Below are positions 19,672 through 29,105 of a stretch of 29,705 nucleotides of DNA, in pieces. Within the stretch, counting starts at the first letter, position 1. Each line of letters opens with the position of its first letter. This DNA comes from Planctomycetota bacterium (GTDB lineage: Bacteria; Planctomycetota; UBA8108; UBA1146), in assembly GCA_036338595.1 (NCBI GenBank), contig JAYZBV010000108.1, positions 1 through 29,705 on the forward strand, given 5' to 3'. The notes beneath the pieces are model-generated. The model was not told where the DNA came from and ran no database searches. It worked only from the letters and a program-made list of their open reading frames with translations. The position numbers and the translations under genes are program-made.

Positions 19672-21048
19672 TCAGGACCTTCTTCCGCTGACGGAGTGAA
19701 TCATGTCGTAGTTGGTGATGATCCGCAGTCCATCGCTGGTATTGACGAGGACTGCGTTGGACGGCCTACGAGCCAGCAGTTTGAAGACATCGTCGGAAGA
19801 TGCCCCTTCATCTACCATCGGAAACGCCTCCTCCATGACTTCGCTGATCTTTCGCTCCAGCTCGCCATCTCCCTGAAGGATTTTTTCGATGACGAGACCC
19901 TCACGAATGCTGCCAACAGGTACGCCATCTTCCAGGATCGGAATCTGACTCACCTCTTCACTTTGCATCAATTCGATGGCAGATCGGATTAAATCCTCTG
20001 GCTGCAACGAGAATAGCTTTTGCTTCCTGGTGCCTCTACGGTCCAGGATCTCGCCAGCGGTGAGACTGAGACCACTCTCCAAAAGACCGTTGCGACGCAG
20101 CCAGTCCTCGTCATAGACCTTGCTGAGATAGCGCTCTCCCGTATCCGGGATGATCACGATCATCAGGTCGCCATCTTTCATCTGTTTCGCGGCCTCGAGT
20201 GCTGCGCAGACAGCTGTACCCGCAGATGAACCGCTGAGAATCCCCTCTTCACGAGCCAATCGCTGCGCCATCGCAAAGGCGTCCACATCACTGACCTGGA
20301 TCACCTGATCGATGAGTGATAGATCGATGGTGGAAGGAATCATGTCCTCGCCGATTCCTTCTGTCTTGTAGGAATTCGCCTCACCCAGCACTCCCGTCTC
20401 AAAGTAATCCTTGTAGAGCGACCCCACCGGATCGCCCCCGATCACCTTAACATCCGGATTCTTCTCCTTGAGGTACTTGGCGACACCGCTGATGGTTCCG
20501 CCGGTGCCCATGCCTGCCACCAGGTGGGTCACGGTTCCATCGGTGTCATCCCAGATCTCTGGACCGGTGCTGACGTAGTGCGCGTGGGGATTCCATTCGT
20601 TCTCGTACTGATTCGGCGAGAAGCAGTTTTCTCTCTCTTCGGTAACGCGCCTCGCAACCGAGTAGTATGAGCGAGGATCATCCGGCTCCACCGCAGTCGG
20701 GCAGATGATCACCTCTGCCCCGAAGGCACGAAGCAACTTTGATTTTTCTTCTGCGACCTTGTCCGGCATGGTGAAGACGGCCTTGTATCCTCGGATGCAG
20801 GCGATCAATGCCAGCCCGAGACCCGTATTTCCAGATGTACATTCGACGATGGTGCCACCAGGCTTGAGCGATCCGTCGCGTTCTGCTGCATCGATCATGT
20901 GGATCGCGATGCGGTCCTTGACGCTTCCACCCGGATTGAAGGCTTCGAGTTTTGCGGCGATGGTTCCGGAGAAGCCCCTCGAGATCTGGCGAAATCGCAC
21001 CAGGGGAGTCCCGCCCACGGTTTCAAGGATGTGATCGTAGATTTTCAT
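19672..21048 (-). CDS. cbs: Cystathionine beta-synthase with C-terminal CBS-domain pair
   Basis: KLEAFNPGGSVKDRIA, TSGNTGLGLA, GMGTGGT, EGIGED, PDTGERYLSKVYDEDW, followed by a CBS pair. Start taken at MKIYD (21048); the ORF is open to 21090. Confidence 0.92.
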   Translation of the reverse strand: MKIYDHILETVGGTPLVRFRQISRGFSGTIAAKLEAFNPGGSVKDRIAIHMIDAAERDGSLKPGGTIVECTSGNTGLGLALIACIRGYKAVFTMPDKVAEEKSKLLRAFGAEVIICPTAVEPDDPRSYYSVARRVTEERENCFSPNQYENEWNPHAHYVSTGPEIWDDTDGTVTHLVAGMGTGGTISGVAKYLKEKNPDVKVIGGDPVGSLYKDYFETGVLGEANSYKTEGIGEDMIPSTIDLSLIDQVIQVSDVDAFAMAQRLAREEGILSGSSAGTAVCAALEAAKQMKDGDLMIVIIPDTGERYLSKVYDEDWLRRNGLLESGLSLTAGEILDRRGTRKQKLFSLQPEDLIRSAIELMQSEEVSQIPILEDGVPVGSIREGLVIEKILQGDGELERKISEVMEEAFPMVDEGASSDDVFKLLARRPSNAVLVNTSDGLRIITNYDMIHSVSGRRS

Positions 21049-21101
21049 TTCATCACCCAGTTCACCAATTTTCGTTCGAGGTACCACCACCGGTGCCGAA
21101 A

Positions 21102-21230
21102 CTACTGCCGCACACGGAAGAAGCCGTGCCTTCCCGGCGGGACCGGTGTCAGCACCTTCCCGAGATCATAAGGGTGCAGGGTGCAGGAAACACTGCGTCT
21201 GGGCAATTTCCTCGCCACGGAAGGCGCCAT
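21102..21230 (-). CDS. Possible 42-aa upstream ORF in the cbs leader
   Basis: AGGAGG-AAAT-ATG then MAPSVARKLPRRSVSCTLHPYDLGKVLTPVPPGRHGFFRVRQ*; no recognisable homology. Confidence 0.25.
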   Translation of the reverse strand: MAPSVARKLPRRSVSCTLHPYDLGKVLTPVPPGRHGFFRVRQ

Positions 21231-21333
21231 ATTTCCTCCTCGCCCCTCTTGGCCCCCCGCTCCCGATCCACTAGGCTTCGCCCTCTGGACCCTGCCTTGT
21301 GGCAACATCCCGGAGCGGATCGGTGAAATCACG

Positions 21334-22023
21334 ATGGGCGATCAAACCACCATACGAGAGGCTGATCCTGGGCTCCTCGCCGAGAGGTTGCGGCAGGATC
21401 TGTGTTCCCATCTGCAACCTGGAGAATTGATCTGCATCCCGACCGGCAGATCCCCCCAACGATTTTATACTGCTCTTGGCGAGGATCCGACATCCATCGA
21501 TCTTTGGCGGCAGTTGTGCTTTCTTCAACTCGACGAGTACATCGCTCCTCCTGCAGGGACCATCAGCTTTCGTGAAACCCTCCAGCAGCAAGTCTACGAT
21601 CCGCTCGGAGTTCCCGCTGATCAGATCCACTCCATCGACTCGATGGCGCATCCGGCACAGGAGATCGAGAGGCTCGAACAGCTCGTTGCCAGACTCGGCC
21701 CCCCTCGAACCGCCATCCTCGGACTGGGAAGCAATGGCCACATCGCATTCAATGAGCCTTGCGATCATCCAGTGCCGGGTTACCACCAGGTGAGTCTGAG
21801 TCAGGAAACCATGAACGACAACTTTTCCGACCCGGTGCCCGATCAACTCCAGGCGATCACCATCGGACTCGATCTTCTGAAGGCATCGAGACGAATTTAT
21901 CTTCTGGTTCCTCAGGCCAAAAAATCGGAAATCCTCGATCGCTGCTTACAAGGTCCCTACGACCCTCACATTCCTGGCACCTGCCTGCACGATCATCCAG
22001 ATCTGCACATCTATCGCAGTTGA
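21334..22023 (+). CDS. nagB: Glucosamine-6-phosphate deaminase / 6-phosphogluconolactonase family protein (NagB-like)
   Basis: PTGRSP, LQLDEY, LGLGSNGHIAFNEP, AITIG motifs; start taken at ATG 21334. Confidence 0.8.
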   Translation: MGDQTTIREADPGLLAERLRQDLCSHLQPGELICIPTGRSPQRFYTALGEDPTSIDLWRQLCFLQLDEYIAPPAGTISFRETLQQQVYDPLGVPADQIHSIDSMAHPAQEIERLEQLVARLGPPRTAILGLGSNGHIAFNEPCDHPVPGYHQVSLSQETMNDNFSDPVPDQLQAITIGLDLLKASRRIYLLVPQAKKSEILDRCLQGPYDPHIPGTCLHDHPDLHIYRS

Positions 22024-22082
22024 GGGGTTCCGGTCGCCCCCGTCGAGGCTACCATCCGGGCTGAACCTGCGAGGAGGCGACG

Positions 22083-24731
22083 ATGTGGATGGCTCTTCTG
22101 TTGGCGATGGCATGGCTTCCTGTTCCTGCCCTGCCCGGCTCCGATGTGGTGGATCCGGTCGGAGGTGAAGGAGCCCGTGGTGTGCTCACCTTTCGGGTCG
22201 AATCCAGCGAGGGAAATACGGTTCCCGCTCGGCTCACCTTTCGTGAGCCAGACGGATCCAAGCCCTCTCTCTTCATGAACCGGGCCGCAAATCCGTCAGA
22301 TCTGGCCATCCGGGCCGATGTGATCTGCACACTCTCTGGTGCTGGCAGCATCACCGTGCCAACCGGCACCTGGAAGGTCTATGCCAGCCGTGGTCCCGAA
22401 TGGAGCATCGATCAACAAACCATCATCATCGAAACGGACCAGACTCTCGAGATCACCCTTTCACTGGAACACCAGGTCGACACCCGCGGCTGGGCTGCGG
22501 CTGATTACCACCTCCACACACTGACCCACTCGGGGCATGGCGACAGCAACATGCCCGAGCGCATCATCAGCATCGCCAGCGAAGCACTCGAGGTGGGTGT
22601 CGCCACCGATCACAACGTTCACACTGACTACTCCGACATCATCTCTGAACTGGGAGCTGGCGATGAATTTCAGGGGATCGTCGGTAACGAGATCTCGGTG
22701 CCGCTGGGCCACTTCAATGCGTTCCCGCTGGAACCGTGGGCCAATGTCATCGATCGAAATTCCGCCGACGGCCCGGCACTCTTCAGGGCAGTCCGCGCCG
22801 CAGGAGATGCATCTGGCAATATCCCGGTGGTACAGGTCAACCATCCGCGCTGGGAGGGCATCGATTACTTCCGCGTTGCAGGGCTGGACCCCATCACCGG
22901 GGGGTCGGTAGCCAGAAACTGGTCGGTCGATTTCGATAGCGTCGAGATCTTCAATGAAAACGCCGGCTGGGGTTACAGAGATGCCGACAATACCGAGCAC
23001 ATGGTCGGTTCCAGTCGCCACTGGGTGCTGCAGGACTGGCAAAACCTGCTCAACCACGGTGCCAGGGTCACCGGTGTCGGCAACTCTGATAGTCACACCG
23101 TCTCTTCCAACCTGGCTGGCTGGCCACGGAACTACTTTCCCTCATCGAGCGATCTTCCCGCCGAAATTTCGGTGAAGGAGGTGTGCGATACCGTGAAGGC
23201 GGGCCAGATCGTCACCACCTTTGGTCCCTTCGTTACATTCTCGGTCAATGACGCTTCGATGGGTGAAATCGTGACCGCGAGCAATGCTGCAGTACGCCTC
23301 AAGACGAAGGTGCAGGCAGCAGACTGGATCGATGTGGATCGAGTGCTGGTGATCGTCGACGGCGATATCGTCGAGACGATTCCCGTTCCCGACACGCGAG
23401 AGATTGTTCGTCTTCTCGACGAACGAAAGATCCCCGTACGCACCGATGGCTGGATCTCACTGCGAGTCGAGGGCGATGACAGCCTCGACCCCATCGTTCC
23501 CGGATCCAAGCGGCCCGTTTTACCGATCGCCATCACCAATCCTGTCTATGTCGACGCCGATGGCGACGGAAAGTACACGCCTCCTGTGGAAGTGGCGCGG
23601 CTGTGGATAGAGCAACATGGAGACAACGAGTCGATGCTGTATGCCGAGTGGCAAGCGCGCCAGCCGAACCAGCGCGCCTCGATGCTCCACGCCTGCAATG
23701 TGGACTCCGCATCCACTCGAACCCTCGCGCGGTGGGGTATCACCGACCCCTCTCGACTGGTCAGGCTCTGTGCCTGCCGTCTCATCGAGAGGATCGGCTG
23801 CGGCGACGATCCGGCGCTGAAGCAGCCCATCATCGAGATCGCCACTGCAGAAGGGTCCGATCCCTGGCTTCGAGTCGTGGCCATCCGCGCTCTGGCCGCC
23901 GATGTGGCGGGCGATATTCTGGCCGATCTGCTCCGGAATTCGGGCCAGCAGAGCTTTTCTCCCCATGCATCCGAGATCACACATCTTCTGCCGGGACAAT
24001 GGGTGATGAAGTGGCGCGCCACCGATCCGTTGCCGTTCAGCGGCGAAGATGGATTGCGCAAGGTGCTGGCGATGCCGTGGGCAGACCGACCCTTCAAGCG
24101 AACCGTACTGGCAGCCGAGTCGGGCATCGTCGATCTCAAAAAGTATGCCGCCGCCCATGGCCGCAGCGAGAAGTGCACCGTTGTCCTCGATTGCGTTCTC
24201 TACAGCCCCGACGATCGGATGGTGACCATCGCCGCAGGATCCGATGACGGCTGCATCCTCAAGGTTGGAAATCAGCTATTGATCGAGGACTTCGCCCAGC
24301 AGGGGGTCGATCCGATGCGACATCTTGTACAAGTTTCTCTGCAACGCGGCTCGAACTCGCTGGTGATGCTGATCGAGAATGGCGGCGGCGGATACGGCGC
24401 AGCGGTGAGGATCCTCGATGACGAGGTGAGGATCGCGCAGGCGGGAGCGTCGCAGTCCAGAAGGTCGACTGGCGATCCGCTGCAACGAATCACATCCGAC
24501 ATGGCGGGAATCGAGGCAGCTGCCCAGTTGTTCTTCCTCGACAAGGGACGCTGGCCGAAGAATCTCGACGAATTGACCGATGACAATGGACTGGTGCTTC
24601 CAGTGGTCGACCCCTGGGGCAACAACTACCGATTACACAGCAGTACCACCCGCTTCACCGTGCTGTGCCTAGGCGCAGATGGCTCCGAGGGTGGAGATGG
24701 AATCAACGCCGATATCGTCTCGAGTAATTGA
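22083..24731 (+). CDS. Secreted CehA/McbA-family (PHP-like) metallohydrolase with HEAT-like region, beta-sandwich domain and C-terminal GspG-like domain
   Basis: GAGGAGG RBS; signal peptide; VYASRGPEWS, ADYHLHT, ATDHN, GNEI, GHFNAFP, NHPR, GNSDSH, ITNPVYVDADGDG; later GSDDG motif and DPWGNNY...LGADGSEGGDGINADI. Confidence 0.85.
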   Translation: MWMALLLAMAWLPVPALPGSDVVDPVGGEGARGVLTFRVESSEGNTVPARLTFREPDGSKPSLFMNRAANPSDLAIRADVICTLSGAGSITVPTGTWKVYASRGPEWSIDQQTIIIETDQTLEITLSLEHQVDTRGWAAADYHLHTLTHSGHGDSNMPERIISIASEALEVGVATDHNVHTDYSDIISELGAGDEFQGIVGNEISVPLGHFNAFPLEPWANVIDRNSADGPALFRAVRAAGDASGNIPVVQVNHPRWEGIDYFRVAGLDPITGGSVARNWSVDFDSVEIFNENAGWGYRDADNTEHMVGSSRHWVLQDWQNLLNHGARVTGVGNSDSHTVSSNLAGWPRNYFPSSSDLPAEISVKEVCDTVKAGQIVTTFGPFVTFSVNDASMGEIVTASNAAVRLKTKVQAADWIDVDRVLVIVDGDIVETIPVPDTREIVRLLDERKIPVRTDGWISLRVEGDDSLDPIVPGSKRPVLPIAITNPVYVDADGDGKYTPPVEVARLWIEQHGDNESMLYAEWQARQPNQRASMLHACNVDSASTRTLARWGITDPSRLVRLCACRLIERIGCGDDPALKQPIIEIATAEGSDPWLRVVAIRALAADVAGDILADLLRNSGQQSFSPHASEITHLLPGQWVMKWRATDPLPFSGEDGLRKVLAMPWADRPFKRTVLAAESGIVDLKKYAAAHGRSEKCTVVLDCVLYSPDDRMVTIAAGSDDGCILKVGNQLLIEDFAQQGVDPMRHLVQVSLQRGSNSLVMLIENGGGGYGAAVRILDDEVRIAQAGASQSRRSTGDPLQRITSDMAGIEAAAQLFFLDKGRWPKNLDELTDDNGLVLPVVDPWGNNYRLHSSTTRFTVLCLGADGSEGGDGINADIVSSN

Positions 24732-24759
24732 GGATACTGAACCGAGGATTACCGAGATA

Positions 24760-26724
24760 TCAGCCCAGCTCGTCCAGTTTCTCACTGCGTATCTCGCGGC
24801 GATCACCCTTGCGGCGAGTCCAACCACTCTTGTCGAGGTACTCCAGCAACGGAATCGCAAATTTTCTCGTCGTGCCCAGGGCATCCTTGGCCTGGGAGGC
24901 GGAGAAGGCTCCTTCACTCTCGAATAACTGTGCCAGCTTCTTCACTGCGCCCGGTATCGCCTCTGCCGACAGTGCCACATCGCTGGCGATCCGGATCACC
25001 TCGCCGCGGTCGATGAGAAAGGCCTGCAACTTCTCGATCAGCGAAATCTCTACACCGATGGTGCTCGCCAGATCTTCCGCCCTGGCCGGATCAAAGAGGT
25101 GCTGCTGATAGTGCTCTCGCAGTGACGTGAGTGCGGCCTGCTCGGTGTCGGAGAACTCCGGCTCTCTGCCTGGCTGGAGAATTCGTCCGCCTCGAATCTT
25201 CTCGATCTTTCCCCCGGCAGCAAGATCCTCGATCACCTTGTCGAGAAAGGCATCGACGAGCCGGGTTCGATCACGGATCTCCAGAACCTTGACCGAGATC
25301 CTGTAGGGGTCTTCTCGGTAGGCATGATCGAGGGCGTCAAGCACTCTCTCTGCACCTCGTTCAAGTCCCTCCCTCAGTGCCCACTTCCCATCCGAGGTCG
25401 GCTCGATGACACCGGCCTGTTGAAGACTGCTCAGACTGTTCGCCACATCTTCAGTGGTCATCGCAGCTCGACGCGCCAGATCGGCCTGCTCGTGGATCTC
25501 CAGTTCTTCTTCCTGCATGACACTGGTGATGAACGCTTCCGGTGTACCCAGAGCATCCATCTTTCGCCGCATCGATTCGACAATAAATTCCTTGCCCGCC
25601 TTGAGCCTCCAGCGTGATCTGTCGAGCACTTCTCCACCGCCGAGAGTCACCATCGGAGATGCCTGTCTCAACACGAAGCGATCTCCCGGAGCCACGACCA
25701 CCGGCTGATCGAGCCGGATCTGGGCCAGTGCCTCACCGCCAGCCTCTACCGTCTGGCAGTCGATGAGGTAAAGACGGCCCACCGCTTCCATCGTTCCCTG
25801 GAGAAAACGAACTGGCATCCGGTGCACCATCGGTTTTGCCAGACTATCGAGTGCCCTCAGACTCACCTCCACCATCTCGGTGGCACGGAAAAAGCCCGGT
25901 GTAGCAGCAATCATGCCACGGTGAAGATCTCGGTAGTCCACATCGGCGAGGTTGATGGCAGTGGAGTGCCCGGCGCGCGCCTTCTCCACCTGAACCCTGT
26001 AAGCCTGAAGCCCCCGGACACGCCCCGTCTTTCCAGGCGGCAGCAATTCGAGTCGGTCATCGAGTTTGACCTGCCCGCTGACAGGCACACCGGTCACGAC
26101 GGTGCCATGGCCACGAGACGAAAACACACGCTGGATCGGCAGGCGAAAGACTCCGCTCCCGTCACGGGGAGGCAGTTCTCGAACCATCGTCTGGACCAGT
26201 TGACGCAGATCATCCACACCTTCACCGGTCTCTGCACTGACCGATATCATCGGAGCATCTTCAAGAAATGTTCCTGAGATCATCTCGCGGACTTCTTCCT
26301 GCACCAGGTCCACCATGTCGGCCTCGACCAGATCGATCTTGTTGATGGCGATGATTCCGCGGCGGACTCCGAGCAGCGTCATGATGTCGAGGTGTTCCAT
26401 CGTCTGGGGCATCACCGAGTCATCTGCGGCCACGACCAGGATGACGATGTCGATACCACTGGCACCCGCGACCATGTTCCGGATGAACTTCTCGTGACCC
26501 GGCACATCGATGATCCCGACCAGTTCGCCGTCATCGAGCGACATCGGAGCAAAACCGAGATCGATGGTCAGACCCCTGTCCTTCTCCTCTGGCAGCCGAT
26601 CGGGGTCGATTCCGGTCAGTTTTCTGACCAGAGATGACTTGCCGTGGTCGATGTGCCCTGCAGTGCCCACGACGACCCCGAATATTGTCGCTTCTGGTTG
26701 TGCCACTGGCTTCCTCCCGGTCAC
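24760..26724 (-). CDS. selB: Selenocysteine-specific translation elongation factor
   Basis: GTAGHIDHGKS, DRLPEEKDRGLTIDLGFA, DVPGHEKFIRNMVAG, FRLPIQRVFS; C-terminal SECIS-binding winged helix LGTTRKFAIPLLEYLDKSGWTRRKGDRR. Confidence 0.96.
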   Translation of the reverse strand: MTGRKPVAQPEATIFGVVVGTAGHIDHGKSSLVRKLTGIDPDRLPEEKDRGLTIDLGFAPMSLDDGELVGIIDVPGHEKFIRNMVAGASGIDIVILVVAADDSVMPQTMEHLDIMTLLGVRRGIIAINKIDLVEADMVDLVQEEVREMISGTFLEDAPMISVSAETGEGVDDLRQLVQTMVRELPPRDGSGVFRLPIQRVFSSRGHGTVVTGVPVSGQVKLDDRLELLPPGKTGRVRGLQAYRVQVEKARAGHSTAINLADVDYRDLHRGMIAATPGFFRATEMVEVSLRALDSLAKPMVHRMPVRFLQGTMEAVGRLYLIDCQTVEAGGEALAQIRLDQPVVVAPGDRFVLRQASPMVTLGGGEVLDRSRWRLKAGKEFIVESMRRKMDALGTPEAFITSVMQEEELEIHEQADLARRAAMTTEDVANSLSSLQQAGVIEPTSDGKWALREGLERGAERVLDALDHAYREDPYRISVKVLEIRDRTRLVDAFLDKVIEDLAAGGKIEKIRGGRILQPGREPEFSDTEQAALTSLREHYQQHLFDPARAEDLASTIGVEISLIEKLQAFLIDRGEVIRIASDVALSAEAIPGAVKKLAQLFESEGAFSASQAKDALGTTRKFAIPLLEYLDKSGWTRRKGDRREIRSEKLDELG

Positions 26725-26800
26725 CGAGGATCCCGGTTGGGAGCCAGCATGTAAAGCCCTCCTCCTTGACCTGCCGCCACATCTGCTCCAGCATCACTTC

Positions 26801-27673
26801 ATGGCTACTTCCCGAGATGAACTTTTCTGCAAGCTCGCCATCCGCCAGGGTGCATGGACCCAGGAGGAGGCGGTCCTGTTTCTCCAGCACTACCGCCTGG
26901 AGGGACAAGGACAACGCTTTGGTGAGTGGGCAGCCAAGCAGGGAGCCATCGACGGCAACCTGGCAGCACGCATAGAAAACGCCATCAATCAGCGAGTCGA
27001 AGGCCATGTGCAGGACAATCGTAAGCGCGTTCCAGCAGTCGGCGCTCAGGGAGCGACCGCTTCCCCGGGAGCAAAGCGATCCACAAGGCGTTCGCGTCGT
27101 GGCGGAGCAGGATCCGGTCTCGATTTCAACCGTCGTCCAGTTCAATCCACGATCTATGTCGCCTGTGGTGTCATCGCGATAGGGCTGTTGTTTTACATCG
27201 TGTTCCTGTTCCAGAGGCCGGATGTGCCCACTCCTGCTCCACAGGTCGCAGATTCCTCGAAGGATGGTACCGCTGGTTCCGGATCCTCTGCCACGTCCAC
27301 CTCGCAGGCAGCGCAACACGTTCCCACTTTCACTTCTGAAGAGTTGAAAGCGATGTCCAATCGGATCCAGATGTCGATCACGGATGCCAGAGGATATCTG
27401 CGCGATGGCAAGACCCCCATCGGGCTGAAGGGGCTGATGAAAGTGCGTGAAGAACTGGGAGGCGACAGCCTTCCAGAGGAACTGCGCGGCAAGATCGATG
27501 CCGAGATTGCAGAGATCTCTACCATCGTCGCCGAGATCTACGGTGAGTTGCTGGAAGAACTGAAGGAAGCGAGAGCCGCAAAGAACACCGAAGACATCCA
27601 GGACCTGCTGTCCGAGATCGAAAGTTCCTGTGGTACCGCTTTCAGGGCTCGTGCCGAAAAGGAAGGTTCCTGA
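26801..27673 (+). CDS. Hypothetical single-pass membrane protein
   Basis: ATG 26801; N-terminal helical domain, basic linker, one TM (IYVACGVIAIGLLFYIVFLF), P/S/T-rich linker, helical C-terminal domain; 17 nt upstream of the next gene. Confidence 0.8.
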   Translation: MATSRDELFCKLAIRQGAWTQEEAVLFLQHYRLEGQGQRFGEWAAKQGAIDGNLAARIENAINQRVEGHVQDNRKRVPAVGAQGATASPGAKRSTRRSRRGGAGSGLDFNRRPVQSTIYVACGVIAIGLLFYIVFLFQRPDVPTPAPQVADSSKDGTAGSGSSATSTSQAAQHVPTFTSEELKAMSNRIQMSITDARGYLRDGKTPIGLKGLMKVREELGGDSLPEELRGKIDAEIAEISTIVAEIYGELLEELKEARAAKNTEDIQDLLSEIESSCGTAFRARAEKEGS

Positions 27674-27690
27674 GGAACCGCCCCTCCGAG

Positions 27691-28467
27691 ATGCCATCAC
27701 CGAGAGAACGACTCCAGAAATACCTCGCACGCTGTGGTCACGGCTCACGCCGCCGCGCCGAGTTGCTCATCGAGCAGGGCCTGGTCAAGGTCAACGGCAA
27801 GCAGGCTTCGCTGGGTGATCAGATCACACCTGGAAAAGATCTTGTGGTGCTCCACGGAGAGACAGTAGTGCCTCCCAGGGCGCTGACCGTGATGTACCAC
27901 AAGACTTCCGGCACCATCACCAGCACCCACGACACCCACGACCGACTCACCGTGATGGATATGTTGCCGAAGAAGATGGTCGATCAGGGATTGCTTCCTG
28001 CAGGGCGCCTCGATCTCGAGACGGAAGGGTTGCTGATTCTCACAAACGATGGAGATCTGCAGCACCGCATCACTCATCCTCGCTACGAATGCTGCAAGGA
28101 ATACTTCGCCATCCTGTCGAGAGCTCCTGCCTTCAGAGAACTGGCAGCTCTTCGAAAGGGTGTGTTCCTTCCTGATGTGGGAAAGAAAACATCTCCGGCA
28201 AAGTTGAATCGACTGCGTCGTCGTAAGGATGGAACGGCATCGATTCATATCCAGATTCACGAGGGCCTGAAGCGCCAGATCCGCAGGATGTTCTCGGGGC
28301 AGGGGATCCGGGTGACATACCTCAAGAGGGTCTCGGTCGGTGGCTTGCATCTGGGTGATCTGGCGGCGGGCAAGCACCGCACTCTGTCAAAACGAGACAT
28401 CGAGTTACTGTTAGCGCCCCCGAAAAAAGATCGTCCCCCGGTCCGAAAGCGAACCGGGAGACGCTAG
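27691..28467 (+). CDS. rRNA pseudouridine synthase, RsuA/RluB family
   Basis: S4 domain RLQKYLARCGHGSRRRAELLIEQGLVKVNG; catalytic GRLDLETEGLLILTNDG; EGLKRQIRRMF. Confidence 0.95.
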   Translation: MPSPRERLQKYLARCGHGSRRRAELLIEQGLVKVNGKQASLGDQITPGKDLVVLHGETVVPPRALTVMYHKTSGTITSTHDTHDRLTVMDMLPKKMVDQGLLPAGRLDLETEGLLILTNDGDLQHRITHPRYECCKEYFAILSRAPAFRELAALRKGVFLPDVGKKTSPAKLNRLRRRKDGTASIHIQIHEGLKRQIRRMFSGQGIRVTYLKRVSVGGLHLGDLAAGKHRTLSKRDIELLLAPPKKDRPPVRKRTGRR

Positions 28468-28474
28468 ATTTCCA

Positions 28475-28882
28475 CTAGTCGAGGATCACCTGGATGAAAC
28501 CGTCAACATCGGTGCTGTCGATCTGCACCTCCCACAGCCCGGAGATACCGAAACTGGATATCGACTTGGAGCGCAGCGTTCCACCGTTGCCGAAGTAGAT
28601 CTCATCGAAGATCAGGATCTTGAAATCGTCGTAGATCCGCACACGCACCATGCCGTAAAAGCCGATCCCCTCGAAGGAAACAAATGCGTCATTGAGGATC
28701 GTGTCCCAGAAGTAACTCTCCGAGGAATTGTAGGCAAAGAAATCACCCTCGTAGATGAAATCCACAGCAGATGCCGAGGCGATCGGATCGTTGTAGCAGC
28801 CATCTGAACAGCGAGGCGGGTTGCAGCCGGTAAAGGTCAGCAACAGCGCACATCCGAGCAGCATCAGGAAAGAAAATCTCAT
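28475..28882 (-). CDS. Hypothetical lipoprotein (135 aa)
   Basis: GAAGGGGG RBS; MRFSFLMLLGCALLLTFTG-C lipobox-like signal; acidic/aromatic beta-rich mature part ending GLWEVQIDSTDVDGFIQVILD. Confidence 0.75.
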   Translation of the reverse strand: MRFSFLMLLGCALLLTFTGCNPPRCSDGCYNDPIASASAVDFIYEGDFFAYNSSESYFWDTILNDAFVSFEGIGFYGMVRVRIYDDFKILIFDEIYFGNGGTLRSKSISSFGISGLWEVQIDSTDVDGFIQVILD

Positions 28883-29105
28883 CGTCTTTCCCCCTTCACC
28901 AGAGAAGCACCCCATGTACCCCTCTCAAGGCAATAGACGCACGAATACCGCCTGTATTCTAAACAATCCGGTAATCTTTGTATCGAGACTACATGGCGAT
29001 GTTGGTCATGCCACCGCGCACCATCTTGATGTAACATGAGGTGTTCGCGATGCGTGGGCATCGCACGTTTGCACTACCGCCACAGCCCCGCCGAAAGGTT
29101 GCGCC

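Noticed and set aside
21116..21165. GGAAG...CTTCC segment as possible tRNA-Sec, or as part of a cobalamin/SAM riboswitch
   Set aside because: Too short, with no UCA anticodon loop or T-loop; lacks the B12 box and the SAM-I core elements.
26531..27748. 405-aa minus-strand ORF
   Set aside because: Overlaps selB, the membrane protein and the pseudouridine synthase; the plus-strand frame has the protein-like architecture.
29055..29073. Possible sigma-54 promoter (TGGGCA...TTTGCA) ahead of precursor 1
   Set aside because: GG-to-GC spacing is 12 nt, not the required 10.
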